DNA of 64,000 nucleotides. It comes from an uncultured Nitrospiraceae bacterium. GTDB lineage: Bacteria; Nitrospirota; Thermodesulfovibrionia; Thermodesulfovibrionales; UBA6898. The stretch is taken from the NCBI GenBank assembly GCA_963811165.1, contig CAWEQH010000010.1, positions 32,001 through 96,000 on the forward strand, written 5' to 3'. Under the pieces are notes generated by a model. The model saw nothing but the letters and a program-made list of their open reading frames with translations, ran no database searches and was not told the DNA's origin. Position numbers and translations under genes: made by a program. Of the stretch, positions 33,147 through 42,965 are shown piece by piece (positions within the stretch are counted from its first letter, which is position 1; each line of letters begins with the position of its first letter).

Positions 33147-34979
33147 ATGGCCGACGGTGAACAACTGACGAGGCTCGCGAAGTTGATCCGCTACTACATT
33201 CTCGTATCAACCACGGAGGCCGGTTCTGGCCATCCCACGTCGTCGTTGTCCGCAACCGATCTGATGACGTGTCTTTTGTTCGGAGGGGCCTTCCGGTTTG
33301 ACCCCGACCATCCGGAACATCCCAATAACGACCGTCTCATTTTTTCGAAGGGCCATGCCTCTCCGCTCCTTTATGCTTTATGGGCGGCTGCCGGCAGGGT
33401 CTCTGAAGAGGAATTAATGACGCTGAGAAAATTCGGAAGTCCCCTCGAGGGTCATCCTACACCGGCATTCAGATATGCCGAGGCAGCAACAGGCTCATTG
33501 GGACAAGGGCTTCCGATCGGGTTGGGAATGGCCTTAAACGCTAAGTATATCGACAAACTGCCTTACCGGACTTATGTGCTCCTGGGCGACAGCGAGATGG
33601 CGGAAGGTTCGCAGTGGGAGGCGCTCCAGATTGCCGAGCACTACAAGCTGGACAATCTCATAGGCATAATAGACGTCAACCGACTCGGGCAGCGTGGTGA
33701 GACGATGTACGGTCATGACCTGGGCGCTTATGAAAAACGCGTATCGTCATTTGGGTGGGAAACCATCGTGATTGACGGACACAATACGGAGGAGATACTC
33801 GGGGCATACCGGAAGGCTTCTGAGATCGAGGGGCGTCCGGTCATGATCATCGCCAGGACGATCAAGGGCAAGGGTGTTTCGTTCATCGAAGACAAAAACG
33901 GATGGCACGGGAAGGTTCTCAATAAGGACCAGCTGAAACAGGCACTCGATGAATTGGGAGAAATCGATAAATCAGTGCGGGGAGAGATCACGGCACCCGA
34001 GAACCTGAGACTGCCTGCGGGGCAGTCTCAACCTGCCCAGAAGATCCTTTATCTTGCCGACAAACCTGTTGCCACGAGAAAGGCTTACGGCAATGCGCTT
34101 GCCCGTTTGTTTCCCAAATTCCCGGATATGGTTGTCTTGGACGGTGAGGTGAGCAATTCTACCTATGCCGATATTTTTAAAGAAAGGTATCCGGACAGGT
34201 TTTTCGAGATGTACATAGCCGAGCAAAATATGGCGGGTGCCGCCATCGGGATTTCGCGGAGGGGAAAAATCCCCTTTGTTTCGAGTTTTGCGGCCTTTAT
34301 GACAAGGGCGTTTGACCAGATACGTATGAGCCAGTATTCGGACACGAATATCAAGTTCTGCGGTTCCCACGCGGGCGTTTCGATCGGTGAAGACGGGCCG
34401 TCCCAGATGGGGCTTGAGGACATCGCGATGTTCAGGACGCTTTTGGGAGGCATAGTATTGTATCCGTCAGACGCGATATCGACCGAAAAGATCGTGGAAG
34501 AAGCCGCCAAGCACAAAGGCAATGTATATATCCGGACAACGAGAATGGACACCCCGATCATCTACAAGGCCAACGAGGAGTTTCCGATCGGCGGCTCCAA
34601 GGTCCTCAAGCAAAGCGACAGGGACGCGGTCGCAGTCGTCGCTGCGGGAATCACCGTCCACGAGGCCCTTGCCGCGTATGAGGAGCTCAAAAAAGAAGGC
34701 GTCTTCATCCGGGTGATCGACCTTTACAGCATCAAGCCGGCCGACAAAGAGACGCTCAGAAAAGCCGCAAATGTGGCCCAGGCATTTATCACAGTCGAAG
34801 ACCATTTCTCCGAAGGCGGCATCGGCGAGACCGTAAGAAGTCTCATGGCGGACATCGACGTCCCGGTCCATTCGCTTTGTGTGCAAAAGATGCCAAAAAG
34901 CGGCAGGCCGGGAGAACTTTTGGATTATGAGGGGATATCGAAGAGTGAGATCATTAAAAGAGTAAAGGAGCTTATATGA
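33147..34979 (+). CDS. tkt: Transketolase
   Basis: GSGHPTSS, SKGHA, TGSLGQG, TPP motif GDSEMAEG..N, IAEQNM, GEDGPSQ. Confidence 0.95.
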   Translation: MADGEQLTRLAKLIRYYILVSTTEAGSGHPTSSLSATDLMTCLLFGGAFRFDPDHPEHPNNDRLIFSKGHASPLLYALWAAAGRVSEEELMTLRKFGSPLEGHPTPAFRYAEAATGSLGQGLPIGLGMALNAKYIDKLPYRTYVLLGDSEMAEGSQWEALQIAEHYKLDNLIGIIDVNRLGQRGETMYGHDLGAYEKRVSSFGWETIVIDGHNTEEILGAYRKASEIEGRPVMIIARTIKGKGVSFIEDKNGWHGKVLNKDQLKQALDELGEIDKSVRGEITAPENLRLPAGQSQPAQKILYLADKPVATRKAYGNALARLFPKFPDMVVLDGEVSNSTYADIFKERYPDRFFEMYIAEQNMAGAAIGISRRGKIPFVSSFAAFMTRAFDQIRMSQYSDTNIKFCGSHAGVSIGEDGPSQMGLEDIAMFRTLLGGIVLYPSDAISTEKIVEEAAKHKGNVYIRTTRMDTPIIYKANEEFPIGGSKVLKQSDRDAVAVVAAGITVHEALAAYEELKKEGVFIRVIDLYSIKPADKETLRKAANVAQAFITVEDHFSEGGIGETVRSLMADIDVPVHSLCVQKMPKSGRPGELLDYEGISKSEIIKRVKELI

Positions 34980-35839
34980 GACCGCAGAACCTAAAGACGC
35001 GAATATTCCTAGATAGCGGCAACCAGGAGGAGACAAAGGAGATAATCCGGCTGATCGGGTTTCTTGACGGACAGACCACGAACCCCACCCTTATCTCAAA
35101 AAATCCCGGCGCCCGCGGACATATCGAGCACGGGGGCAAGTTCACGGAGAAAGAGGTATACGATTTTTATCGGGACGTCGTAAAAAAAATATCGTCGATG
35201 ATCCCTCTTGGCTCGGTCTCGGTCGAGGTGTACGCAGACCTCTCTACGAAAGCGGAAGAAATGATGAAGAAGGCGAAGGAGATGTTTTCCTGGATCCCAA
35301 ACGCACATGTAAAATTCCCCACGACCACGGAAGGGTTGAAGGCGGCAGGGCAGGCGATCAGGGAGGGGATGCGGGTGAACCTCACACTCTGTTTTTCACA
35401 GGAACAGGCAGCCGCGGTTTACGCAGCAACGCGCGGCGCGAAAAAAGGGGACGTATTCGTCTCTCCCTTTGTCGGCAGACTGGACGACCGGGGTGAAAAC
35501 GGGATGGACGTTATCGCAAACGTGATGAGGATGTACCGGGAAGGGGACGGTCATGTGGAAGTGCTGACTGCCAGCGTAAGGACTATAGACCACTTTCTGT
35601 ATGCCCTGAAGCTCGGTTCGGACATCATCACCGCGCCTTTTGAAATATTGAAGGAATGGGCGGGCAGGGGGCTTCCTGTGCCGGGTGGAGAGTACGTGTA
35701 TGATTCCAAGGATCTGAAGGAGATACCTTACACACATATCGACCTGGGGAAAGACTGGCGCGGTTTCGATATCAGCCACGACCTGACGGTGAAAGGGATG
35801 GAGAAATTTTCTCAGGACTGGAATTCACTGATCCGGTGA
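34976..35839 (+). CDS. tal: Transaldolase (short FSA/Tal family)
   Basis: IFLDSG, GQTTNPTL, HVKFPTT, NLTLCFS, VSPFVGRLDD, ASVR. Confidence 0.92.
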   Translation: MRPQNLKTRIFLDSGNQEETKEIIRLIGFLDGQTTNPTLISKNPGARGHIEHGGKFTEKEVYDFYRDVVKKISSMIPLGSVSVEVYADLSTKAEEMMKKAKEMFSWIPNAHVKFPTTTEGLKAAGQAIREGMRVNLTLCFSQEQAAAVYAATRGAKKGDVFVSPFVGRLDDRGENGMDVIANVMRMYREGDGHVEVLTASVRTIDHFLYALKLGSDIITAPFEILKEWAGRGLPVPGGEYVYDSKDLKEIPYTHIDLGKDWRGFDISHDLTVKGMEKFSQDWNSLIR

Positions 35840-36585
35840 ATAGTTCCCGTCAGACCTTTGTCTTTGGCGATACCGGGAAGATGGCCGATTTTTTTACCGC
35901 GAGGTGGCGTGAGATAGCATCGGGGGCCATTAAGAAAAGGGGATTCTTTGCGGTCGCTCTTTCGGGCGGGAAGACGCCCGCCCCTTTTTACCGTAAGCTT
36001 GCGGCGGAGCCGGGAGAGGGCGCACCGTGGAACAAAACCCATATTTTTTTCGCGGATGAGCGTTTTGTTTCCGATACCGATGCGGACAGCAACTACCGGA
36101 TGATAAAGGAGACGCTTTTGGACAATGCAGGCGTACCTGCAGGGAATATCCATTCCATCCCGACCGACCTTCCTGACCCTATGTCGGCGGCATTACGCTA
36201 TGAGAGAGAGGTCGCGTTATTTTTCGGAGACGGCATACCGGAGTTTGATCTCATCATTTTAGGCATCGGGACTGACGGTCATACCGCGTCTCTTTTTCCC
36301 GGAAACACGGCGGTGAAGGAAAAAAAGCGACTTGTTACCGCTGTGATTCTTGCCGGACGGATGCACAACCGGATAACACTGACGCTGCCCGTCCTGAACA
36401 AGGCGAGGAATGTGATATTTCTTGTGACGGGGAAAGAGAAGGCGAAGGTGCTCAGAGAGGTGTCGCAGGGCAGCGACCGTTCACTTCCGGCTTTGCTTGT
36501 CGCCCCTGAAAAGGGGAGCCTCCTCTATTTGGCGGATTCCAGTGCAGGGTCGCTTCTGAGGGAAAAAGAAGAAAAAGGAAGATGA
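35836..36585 (+). CDS. pgl: 6-phosphogluconolactonase
   Basis: ALSGGKTP, FADERFV, SNY, LGIGTDGHTASLFP, RITLT. Confidence 0.94.
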   Translation: MNSSRQTFVFGDTGKMADFFTARWREIASGAIKKRGFFAVALSGGKTPAPFYRKLAAEPGEGAPWNKTHIFFADERFVSDTDADSNYRMIKETLLDNAGVPAGNIHSIPTDLPDPMSAALRYEREVALFFGDGIPEFDLIILGIGTDGHTASLFPGNTAVKEKKRLVTAVILAGRMHNRITLTLPVLNKARNVIFLVTGKEKAKVLREVSQGSDRSLPALLVAPEKGSLLYLADSSAGSLLREKEEKGR

Positions 36586-37010
36586 AGATCGTCCCTTCAG
36601 TTCTCGCCGAAGACCGCGACGATTTTGTCCTGAGGATGCGGCAGGCCGAGGACTTTGCCGAATATGTCCAGATAGACGTGATGGACGGCGTGTTCGTAGA
36701 TACTATGAGTTTTCCGCCCGAGTCGATCAACATGCTCACTACCCCTCTTGCCTTCGAGATGCATCTGATGGTCATGGACCCTGCCGATATCGTAAAAAGA
36801 TTGCGCCATCCAGGGCTTAGAAAGATCATATTCCATTTCGAAGCCAGAGTTGACCATCACGACCTGGCGATCGAAATAAAGCGGATGGGCCTTTCGGCCG
36901 GACTGGCGGCGCGGCCGGAGACTGCCCTTGACGTATCTTCTTTTTTAAAACTGCGAGGAACTCCATATGCTGCAATGATTCGTGGGCGATTTCCGATTTC
37001 AAGAAAATGG

Positions 37011-38642
37011 CTACAATTTTACCTTAAGCAGATCGAGAATCTTTTGCTGATTGTTATCGGGAGTGCAAACTATTCTGCACGAAGCCCCCTGCATTTGAAG
37101 TGTCTGTCTTCTTATGCTCTTTAATCTCTCAATCACATACTCAAATGTCCACTTACGGTTTTTATTCTTGCCGTCAGACTGAAACAGAGGTTTCAGCCTC
37201 TGGTTCATATGCCACTGCAAGTAATAGGCAAGTATGCAAATAAACACATGACAGCGGATTCGCTCATCTGTTTTGTGATAAACGGGCCGCACTTCAAGTT
37301 GTACGCTTTTTAGGTTACGAAAAGCCTGTTCTACAAGCGCGAGCTTTTTATATGCCGCAACTATTTCCTGTTTTGCCATCAGCCCGGCAGGAACATCGGA
37401 GGCAATTATATAACAGCCGTCAATCAATTCCTCAGCCTCGATCTTATCTGTTTTGAATTTCCAGGTGAGATGCCCATCCTGTACTGCCCACTCTACGAAT
37501 TTCTCTGTCTTTGTCTTTCCAAAAATCTTTCCTACTCTTGCCGCTATCTTCTCGGTTGTCGACTTCCGTTTTGATTGGGCTATCCTGTCTAATGCTTTTC
37601 TGGTGACCTCAAGCAAGCCTTTGCGTGTAGTTGCTTCCCTCGTTGCGGTTTTTGGATTACGGCATAAACAGTATCGCCGTGCCGGGTCTTGGGGATCCAC
37701 TACTTCAACAATCTCCTTTTCATCAAACATGTCCACCTGGATCACCTTGCGTTGCAAAAGCTCGTTTATCTGACGGTGAGTTAATGCCGATACTGTATTG
37801 AGCCCTTTCACATCTTTAACCTTCTCGTAATTGGCATGAGTGACCATTCCGCGATCCCCAACAAAAATTATCTCCTGTATCCCGTATCTTTTCTGCACCT
37901 CAGCTATCTTATCGAGGACCGTTTGGGCATCCTGCGTATTTCCAGGGAAAACTTCCACACCCACAGGGCAGCCATCAGGACTGCAAAGCAGCCCTATCAC
38001 CATCTGTTCATGCCCCCGCTTACCGTCACGGTTATATCCGAATTTAACGATCTCACTGTCTTCATACTCGCCTTCAAAATAGCTGCTGGTTATATCGTAA
38101 AGTACAAGCGCCCCGTTTCGGAGATGCTTTTTCGCCAATGTCATTTGGATCGCATCCTGCCTCTGTAAAAGACGATCCATAGGCCCATAGCACTGTTTAT
38201 CTACGTCAACCGCCCCTTCTATCCCGCAGAGTTCCCATAGTGCCGTGTCCTCCCATCTGTGCGATAACGCCAGCTTGCTGCCGCTATATACCAGACGGCC
38301 GACTATCATGGCGAGACAGTCTTTAACCCACTGCTCGGAATATCTCGAATAGATCATTTTGTCCAACTCTAATTCCTTCGCCAACTGCAATGCCGCATAG
38401 GAAGCGCCGTACTCCTTCGATTCTGTAACTTTTTGAGCGTCGGCTGAACCCCTTACCAGCACATCGCCTCTGAAGGCGGCCTGTATGAGCTTTAATTGTT
38501 CAAGGCTCATATCCTTGATGGTCCCATGAGTTGTGTGTCTGATTTCGCCCTTCTCACGGAATGTGGTGCGGATGACCCCGTAACACTTGTTGCCGGAGGT
38601 TTGTATTTCGAGGTGGGGACGTGGCTTCTTCTTTAATGGCAT
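37011..38642 (-). CDS. IS1634-family DDE transposase
   Basis: LYDITSSYFEG, FGYNRDGK, FPGNTQD, VGDRGM, YK.L..VEQAFR.LKS..LEVRPVYH....IRCHVFIC.LAY. Probable start is ATG 38642. Confidence 0.93.
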   Translation of the reverse strand: MPLKKKPRPHLEIQTSGNKCYGVIRTTFREKGEIRHTTHGTIKDMSLEQLKLIQAAFRGDVLVRGSADAQKVTESKEYGASYAALQLAKELELDKMIYSRYSEQWVKDCLAMIVGRLVYSGSKLALSHRWEDTALWELCGIEGAVDVDKQCYGPMDRLLQRQDAIQMTLAKKHLRNGALVLYDITSSYFEGEYEDSEIVKFGYNRDGKRGHEQMVIGLLCSPDGCPVGVEVFPGNTQDAQTVLDKIAEVQKRYGIQEIIFVGDRGMVTHANYEKVKDVKGLNTVSALTHRQINELLQRKVIQVDMFDEKEIVEVVDPQDPARRYCLCRNPKTATREATTRKGLLEVTRKALDRIAQSKRKSTTEKIAARVGKIFGKTKTEKFVEWAVQDGHLTWKFKTDKIEAEELIDGCYIIASDVPAGLMAKQEIVAAYKKLALVEQAFRNLKSVQLEVRPVYHKTDERIRCHVFICILAYYLQWHMNQRLKPLFQSDGKNKNRKWTFEYVIERLKSIRRQTLQMQGASCRIVCTPDNNQQKILDLLKVKL

Positions 38643-38649
38643 GGCTACT

Positions 38650-38678
38650 ATTATAGAGTATAACAATAGCTATGTCAA
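38650..38678 (-). promoter_or_regulatory. Perfect sigma-70 consensus promoter for the transposase
   Basis: Minus-strand TTGACA (38678-38673), 17 bp, TATAAT (38655-38650); 7 nt separate the -10 from the ATG. Confidence 0.8.
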
Positions 38679-39109
38679 GTATAAAATGCTAATTTATATG
38701 GCTACATTTGAAAGCCAAAAATCCAGTAGCATCTTGCCAAATATGGATTTATTGGTGTTTTCATAAAAGAAAATACGCCTTGAGGCGATAGGCGGGGCCG
38801 CCCGCCATTTTGATACGCTCCTTTTTCTTACGGTATCTCCCGGCAGATACGGGAGCGCTTTCTTGCCGGAAACGGTGATGAAGGTTTCCGAGGCGCGAAA
38901 GACCTTCCCCGACAAGACGATCGGGGTCGACGGGGGCCTGTCAACTGACAATATCGGCATGTTTTATGATATCGGCGTCGACTATGTGTGTGTGGGAAGC
39001 AGGATCTTCATGGCTGGAAGTCCGAAGAAAAACTACGAGCGATTCATAAAACGTCTTAACGAACTGCAACATACACAATAAAGTCCACTCATTATTCCAT
39101 GAAATTATT

Positions 39110-39152
39110 TTAATCCTCTCTTAATCTCCTTTTAATCTTTTAGGGGTAGACT
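39110..39152 (+). promoter_or_regulatory. Three TTAATC direct repeats with 11-bp period plus a candidate -10 (TAGACT)
   Basis: TTAATC at 39110, 39121 and 39132; OmpR/PhoB-type spacing. Confidence 0.55.
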
Positions 39153-39245
39153 TTCTTCAACAAATAATGCTGGAGACCCCTGCCTCAGCGGTCTTATATA
39201 GGGATGAATACTCCGTAGTAAGGACTGACAAAAAAGGGGGTAACG

Positions 39246-39599
39246 ATGAGAAATAAAATAGTCTCGACCTCGGGATACTTCCTGATGTTGTCGTTTTTTG
39301 TGGCTTTAGCGTTTCTACCGGCAAGCGGGACGCCGGCTTTTGGCGCGGTGACCGAGCGAAACCTGCCGATGGTCAGTGAAACTGCCCATAATGGGGAAGT
39401 TTACAAGATCCTCCCTGTTCTTGAAGATAAGATACATGACAGGAAGCTCCTCGAAAAATCGAAAGAGAAGGTTTTTAGCATGGGCGACCGGGAGGTAAAA
39501 CTTGTGGCGGCGCTTTGTGAAAAAATATCAGATAAAAGAGAAACCGTAAGTTCCGATATCGCTTTTTTTCTCGTCACTGCCCTGATTGTCCTGTCCTGA
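39246..39599 (+). CDS. Hypothetical exported/membrane protein
   Basis: Signal-like N-terminus and hydrophobic C-terminus; purine-rich RBS. Confidence 0.7.
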   Translation: MRNKIVSTSGYFLMLSFFVALAFLPASGTPAFGAVTERNLPMVSETAHNGEVYKILPVLEDKIHDRKLLEKSKEKVFSMGDREVKLVAALCEKISDKRETVSSDIAFFLVTALIVLS

Positions 39600-39645
39600 T
39601 TTATAAGCGCTCATAATTCAAAATTACTTACGGAGGTCTGCTAAA

Positions 39646-40524
39646 GTGCAACGATTGAAAAATCTGTCTCATGTCCTTTATCACATTGCCATTGTTGTAC
39701 TGAGCGCTGCGGTCGCCCTCTCACTGCCGTTTACGGCAAGGTTTGCAGCGAAGAAGTTCCTGGGATATTGGGCGCTGATAGAAAACGAGAAGATGTTCCT
39801 TATCTCCATAGAGATCGCAACGGCGGTCCTCCTTATCCTCCTATTCAACTTCATCGTGAAAAACCTGAAAAACAGAAGGCTGTCGAGCATGGCAAAAGAG
39901 GCCGGTCTCTATGCGCTGGGACGTGCTAGCGGTCTTCTGGACCGCTCCAGAATAAGGAAACTGAAAGAGAGGCAGGGTGTTTCGAGAAATGTGATGATCA
40001 TCGGATCTACGGGGTTCAGTACCTTCGTAGAACCTTCGGGGGACCTTCATCTGGTGATACAAAAGTGCCGGGGAGCCAAGATCATGCTCCTTGATCCCTC
40101 AGGTGAAGGAGCAGGCTCACGCGCCAAGAGCATGCAGTCTGATGCTATCACCGTTGACAGCTTCAGGGAACAGATTGTCAAGAGCATTGAATTTCTCAAG
40201 GGCCTTAAGGAGGTACAGAAAGATATTCGGCTGAAGCTCTATCGGGACATTCCCCTTTTCAAGCTCGCTATACTCGGCGATTATGTCTTCATGAGACATT
40301 ACCACCATGGGGTTGACGTCCGGCGATTGCCGGAATATATATTCAGACATCAGAGGAATCCGGGGTGTCTCTACAACCCTTTTTATCAGTATTTCCTCGA
40401 CCGGTGGCATGACCCTTCCGTGCCCGAATATGAACTGGAAACGGACGAGCTTATATTCAGGGACAAATCAGGGAACGAAGTGAAGCGCGAGAAGGCGGCG
40501 TTTTTCGAAACGGCCCAGCCTTGA
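39646..40524 (+). CDS. Hypothetical membrane protein (2 TM plus cytoplasmic alpha/beta domain)
   Basis: GTG start after GGAGG; 292-aa ORF. Confidence 0.75.
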   Translation: MQRLKNLSHVLYHIAIVVLSAAVALSLPFTARFAAKKFLGYWALIENEKMFLISIEIATAVLLILLFNFIVKNLKNRRLSSMAKEAGLYALGRASGLLDRSRIRKLKERQGVSRNVMIIGSTGFSTFVEPSGDLHLVIQKCRGAKIMLLDPSGEGAGSRAKSMQSDAITVDSFREQIVKSIEFLKGLKEVQKDIRLKLYRDIPLFKLAILGDYVFMRHYHHGVDVRRLPEYIFRHQRNPGCLYNPFYQYFLDRWHDPSVPEYELETDELIFRDKSGNEVKREKAAFFETAQP

Positions 40525-40602
40525 ATAATTTTCGCAATAGTCAGCTTTATAAAACCTCCCGTCGCTGCTATAATTTCAAGAAATGAAATTCGGAGGGCTA
40601 TT

Positions 40603-41166
40603 ATGAAGAGATCGTTAGGTGCGAAGACTTTGTTATACCCCACGCCTGTTTTGGTTATCGGAACTTACGACAGCGAGGGAAGGGCCAACGCCATGACTGC
40701 TTCGTGGGGAGGGATATGCTGTTCCACCCCGCCATGTCTTTCAGTTTCCATAAGAAAGGCCACTTACACGTATGGCAATATTGTTGAGAAAGATGCGTTT
40801 ACCGTAAACATACCGTCAGAGGCCCAGATCAAGGCCGCCGATTATTTCGGTATGGTTTCGGGAAAGAACGAGGACAAATTCAAGGCAAGCGGACTTACGC
40901 CGGTGAAGGGAGAACGTGTCGACGCCCCCTATATCGAGGAATTTCCTCTTATCATAGAATGCCGGCTGATTAAGAGCATTGAAATAGGCAGCCACACCCA
41001 GTTTATCGGGGAGATAATGGACGTAAGGGCCGAGGAGTCCGTACTTGGCGCGGCAGATGTGCCCGACATTGAAAAGCTCCGGCCCGTGATATTTACGCCG
41101 GTCAGCCGCAATTACTACGGCATCGGCAGGTTTGTCGGAAAGGCTTTTTCAGTGGGAAAGGGTTGA
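40603..41166 (+). CDS. Flavin reductase-like protein (flavoredoxin family)
   Basis: [42 protein letters not shown]. Confidence 0.9.
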   Translation: MKRSLGAKTLLYPTPVLVIGTYDSEGRANAMTASWGGICCSTPPCLSVSIRKATYTYGNIVEKDAFTVNIPSEAQIKAADYFGMVSGKNEDKFKASGLTPVKGERVDAPYIEEFPLIIECRLIKSIEIGSHTQFIGEIMDVRAEESVLGAADVPDIEKLRPVIFTPVSRNYYGIGRFVGKAFSVGKG

Positions 41167-41300
41167 ATATTTCGATAGTTTACAGGCAGACCACTTTTAG
41201 TCTATACTAGTAGCAGAAACTTTTGGAGTTATGAGGACCTCGGAGACTTTAGAAGCTCTGGGGTTTTTATTTCCCCGTGAAAGAAGAGGAGAGAAAGAAG

Positions 41301-41657
41301 ATGGAAAAGAAGATTTACGTAGGCAACATCTCGTTTAAGGCAAGCGAAGAGGACATCAAAGAGCTTTTTTCGCAGAGCGGGGAAGTCGAATCGGTGAAGA
41401 TAATAACTGACAGGCATACCGGAAACCCGAAGGGCTTTGCCTTTGTAGAGATGGCTACGGAGGACGATGCCCGCAAGGCTATAGAAGCTCTTAACGGCGC
41501 TACCTTTATGGAAAGAACGTTGTCTGTTGCCGAGGCTAAGCCCCAGCAGCCCAGGGAACATCGCGGCTTTGGAGGAGGCCCCGGCGGCGGTGGTGGAAGA
41601 GGCGGCTATGGTGGTGGTGGTGGCGGCAAGGGCGGTTTCGGCCGGGGTAGGAGATAA
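41301..41657 (+). CDS. RRM RNA-binding protein with Gly-rich tail
   Basis: RNP2 IYVGNI and RNP1 KGFAFVEM; GGRGG tail. Confidence 0.93.
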   Translation: MEKKIYVGNISFKASEEDIKELFSQSGEVESVKIITDRHTGNPKGFAFVEMATEDDARKAIEALNGATFMERTLSVAEAKPQQPREHRGFGGGPGGGGGRGGYGGGGGGKGGFGRGRR

Positions 41658-41663
41658 GCGGCC

Positions 41664-41849
41664 TTGGATATAAAGGTTTACGGTAATGACGTCGAAAAGG
41701 CGCTAAAATCCCTGAAGAGGCAGCTCCAGAAGGAGGGCCTTTTCAAGGAGATAAAGCAGCGGAGTTTTTACGAGAAGCCCTCTGTAAAGGAGAAGCGCAA
41801 AAAGAGGGAGGCCGCAAAAAAGAGGGTCAAGGCCCTCAGGTTCAGGTAA
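41664..41849 (+). CDS. rpsU: 30S ribosomal protein S21
   Basis: VEKALK.LKR, FYEKPSVK.KRK; TTG start. Confidence 0.93.
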   Translation: MDIKVYGNDVEKALKSLKRQLQKEGLFKEIKQRSFYEKPSVKEKRKKREAAKKRVKALRFR

Positions 41850-41906
41850 GCTACCGCGGCTTGCGCCGTGTAATGCTCGTCTAAAACCAGCGTTCCTTGC
41901 GATTGA

Positions 41907-42155
41907 TTATGAGATAGGCGGGATTTCGTTATTAGGATGCAGCGGCGGCCATAGCTTTTGCACTACGACCGCCTGTCTCGCGTTATCAGTGGCGATTTTC
42001 CGTTGTTTCTTCTTTGCCTCCGCGGTCTTGGGGACCTTTATCACAAGGATGCCATCCTTAAAGTTCACCTTTGCCTTGTCCGCATGGACTTGGGCAGGCA
42101 TGTGGATGCTCCTCGTAAAGGACCCGTAGGAACGCTCGAACATATGGTAGCTCTT
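41907..42155 (-). pseudogene. Truncated Hsp20/alpha-crystallin C-terminal fragment
   Basis: ERSYGSFTRSI.MP......A...FKDGILVIKVPK. The N-terminal half is absent and the fragment abuts the hpnM stop. Confidence 0.7.
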
Positions 42156-42167
42156 CTGGCGGGGCAG

Positions 42168-42827
42168 TTATTCTTTTTTCTCCCCTGACTTCTCAAGCCC
42201 TTTGATCTTTTCCGTAAGCATGGAGATCAGGCCGCTGAATCCTTTTTGTGTGATGGCGCCTGTGAACTGCGCCCGTGTGAGGGCGAGCTGGCTGACACCC
42301 GAGATCTGTATGTCTACTATCCGCCACATGCCCTCTGTTTTGCGCAGCAGGTAACGGAAAACGACCTCCTCTTTGTTTTGCTTGATCAATTTACTCGTCA
42401 CAGTGACTATGCCCCCTACGGGACCTTTCTCTGAAACGACTTCGAATTTCTCCCCTGAATAGCCGTCGAAGCGTCCCGCGTAAGTGGCCACCGTCCAGTC
42501 GGTGTAGTTCCTCACCAACGACTCACGCTCTTCGGGCTTAAGGGTCTTGCCATATCTGCCGACCGATTGCATGGCCATAAAAGAAAGGGCAAACGATTTT
42601 TTTATGACCGGTTCGAGGACCCTGTATCTGCCGTCATATCCCAGTTGTTCCGCTTTTTTCATGGCCTCAAGCAGGGCGGCGTCGAAGTTCCTGATGACCG
42701 CCGAAGGCCCCGGTATTTCAGAGGCCGCGCAAGGGCCGCGGAAAGGGAGAAGGACAATGAGAAAAAAAAACGAAGCAAAGGTGATAATAAGACTTTTTTT
42801 CTGTCTTTCGAAGAATAAGATGTTCAT
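42168..42827 (-). CDS. hpnM: Hopanoid transport periplasmic protein HpnM (MlaC/Ttg2D family)
   Basis: Signal peptide; TYAGRFDGYSGEKF, WRIVDI...GVSQLAL.RAQF; divergent from hpnN. Confidence 0.85.
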   Translation of the reverse strand: MNILFFERQKKSLIITFASFFFLIVLLPFRGPCAASEIPGPSAVIRNFDAALLEAMKKAEQLGYDGRYRVLEPVIKKSFALSFMAMQSVGRYGKTLKPEERESLVRNYTDWTVATYAGRFDGYSGEKFEVVSEKGPVGGIVTVTSKLIKQNKEEVVFRYLLRKTEGMWRIVDIQISGVSQLALTRAQFTGAITQKGFSGLISMLTEKIKGLEKSGEKKE

Positions 42828-42965
42828 GTCGACCGCCTTTCAATACGTCTGAGGCCCTTTTAATGAGGGCAATATATCGTTCTTTTTTGATATTATTTAC
42901 CGATGCCGTTTATGATAACCGAAAGAAGGCGATTTGGGAATGTTTTTGATGAGGGTTCTCGATAG

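Larger units (their letters stand above)
36932..38777 (-). mobile_element. IS1634-family insertion sequence, 1846 bp
   Basis: Imperfect terminal IRs CGTATCTTCTTTTTTAAAAC and CGTATTTTCTTTTATGAAAAC. 6-bp TSD CCTTGA at 36926-36931 and 38778-38783. Lower GC than the flanks. Confidence 0.92.
36582..39081 (+). pseudogene. rpe: Ribulose-phosphate 3-epimerase interrupted by IS1634
   Basis: 5' part IVPSVL, QIDVMDGVFV, EMHLMV, FHFE (36582-36931). 3' part LTVSPGRYG, GVDGG, VGSRIF (38784-39081). Removing the IS and one TSD restores a 215-aa in-frame ORF. Confidence 0.93.

Noticed and set aside
36582..37124. 180-aa ORF as a complete Rpe
   Set aside because: Sequence after 36931 is IS DNA; the true C-terminus resumes at 38784.
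39170..39235. Possible riboswitch in the leader of the 39246 gene
   Set aside because: I could not match it to any riboswitch consensus by eye; an Rfam/Infernal scan would be needed.
41565..41650. GGC/GGT low-complexity run
   Set aside because: It encodes the normal Gly-rich tail of RRM proteins.
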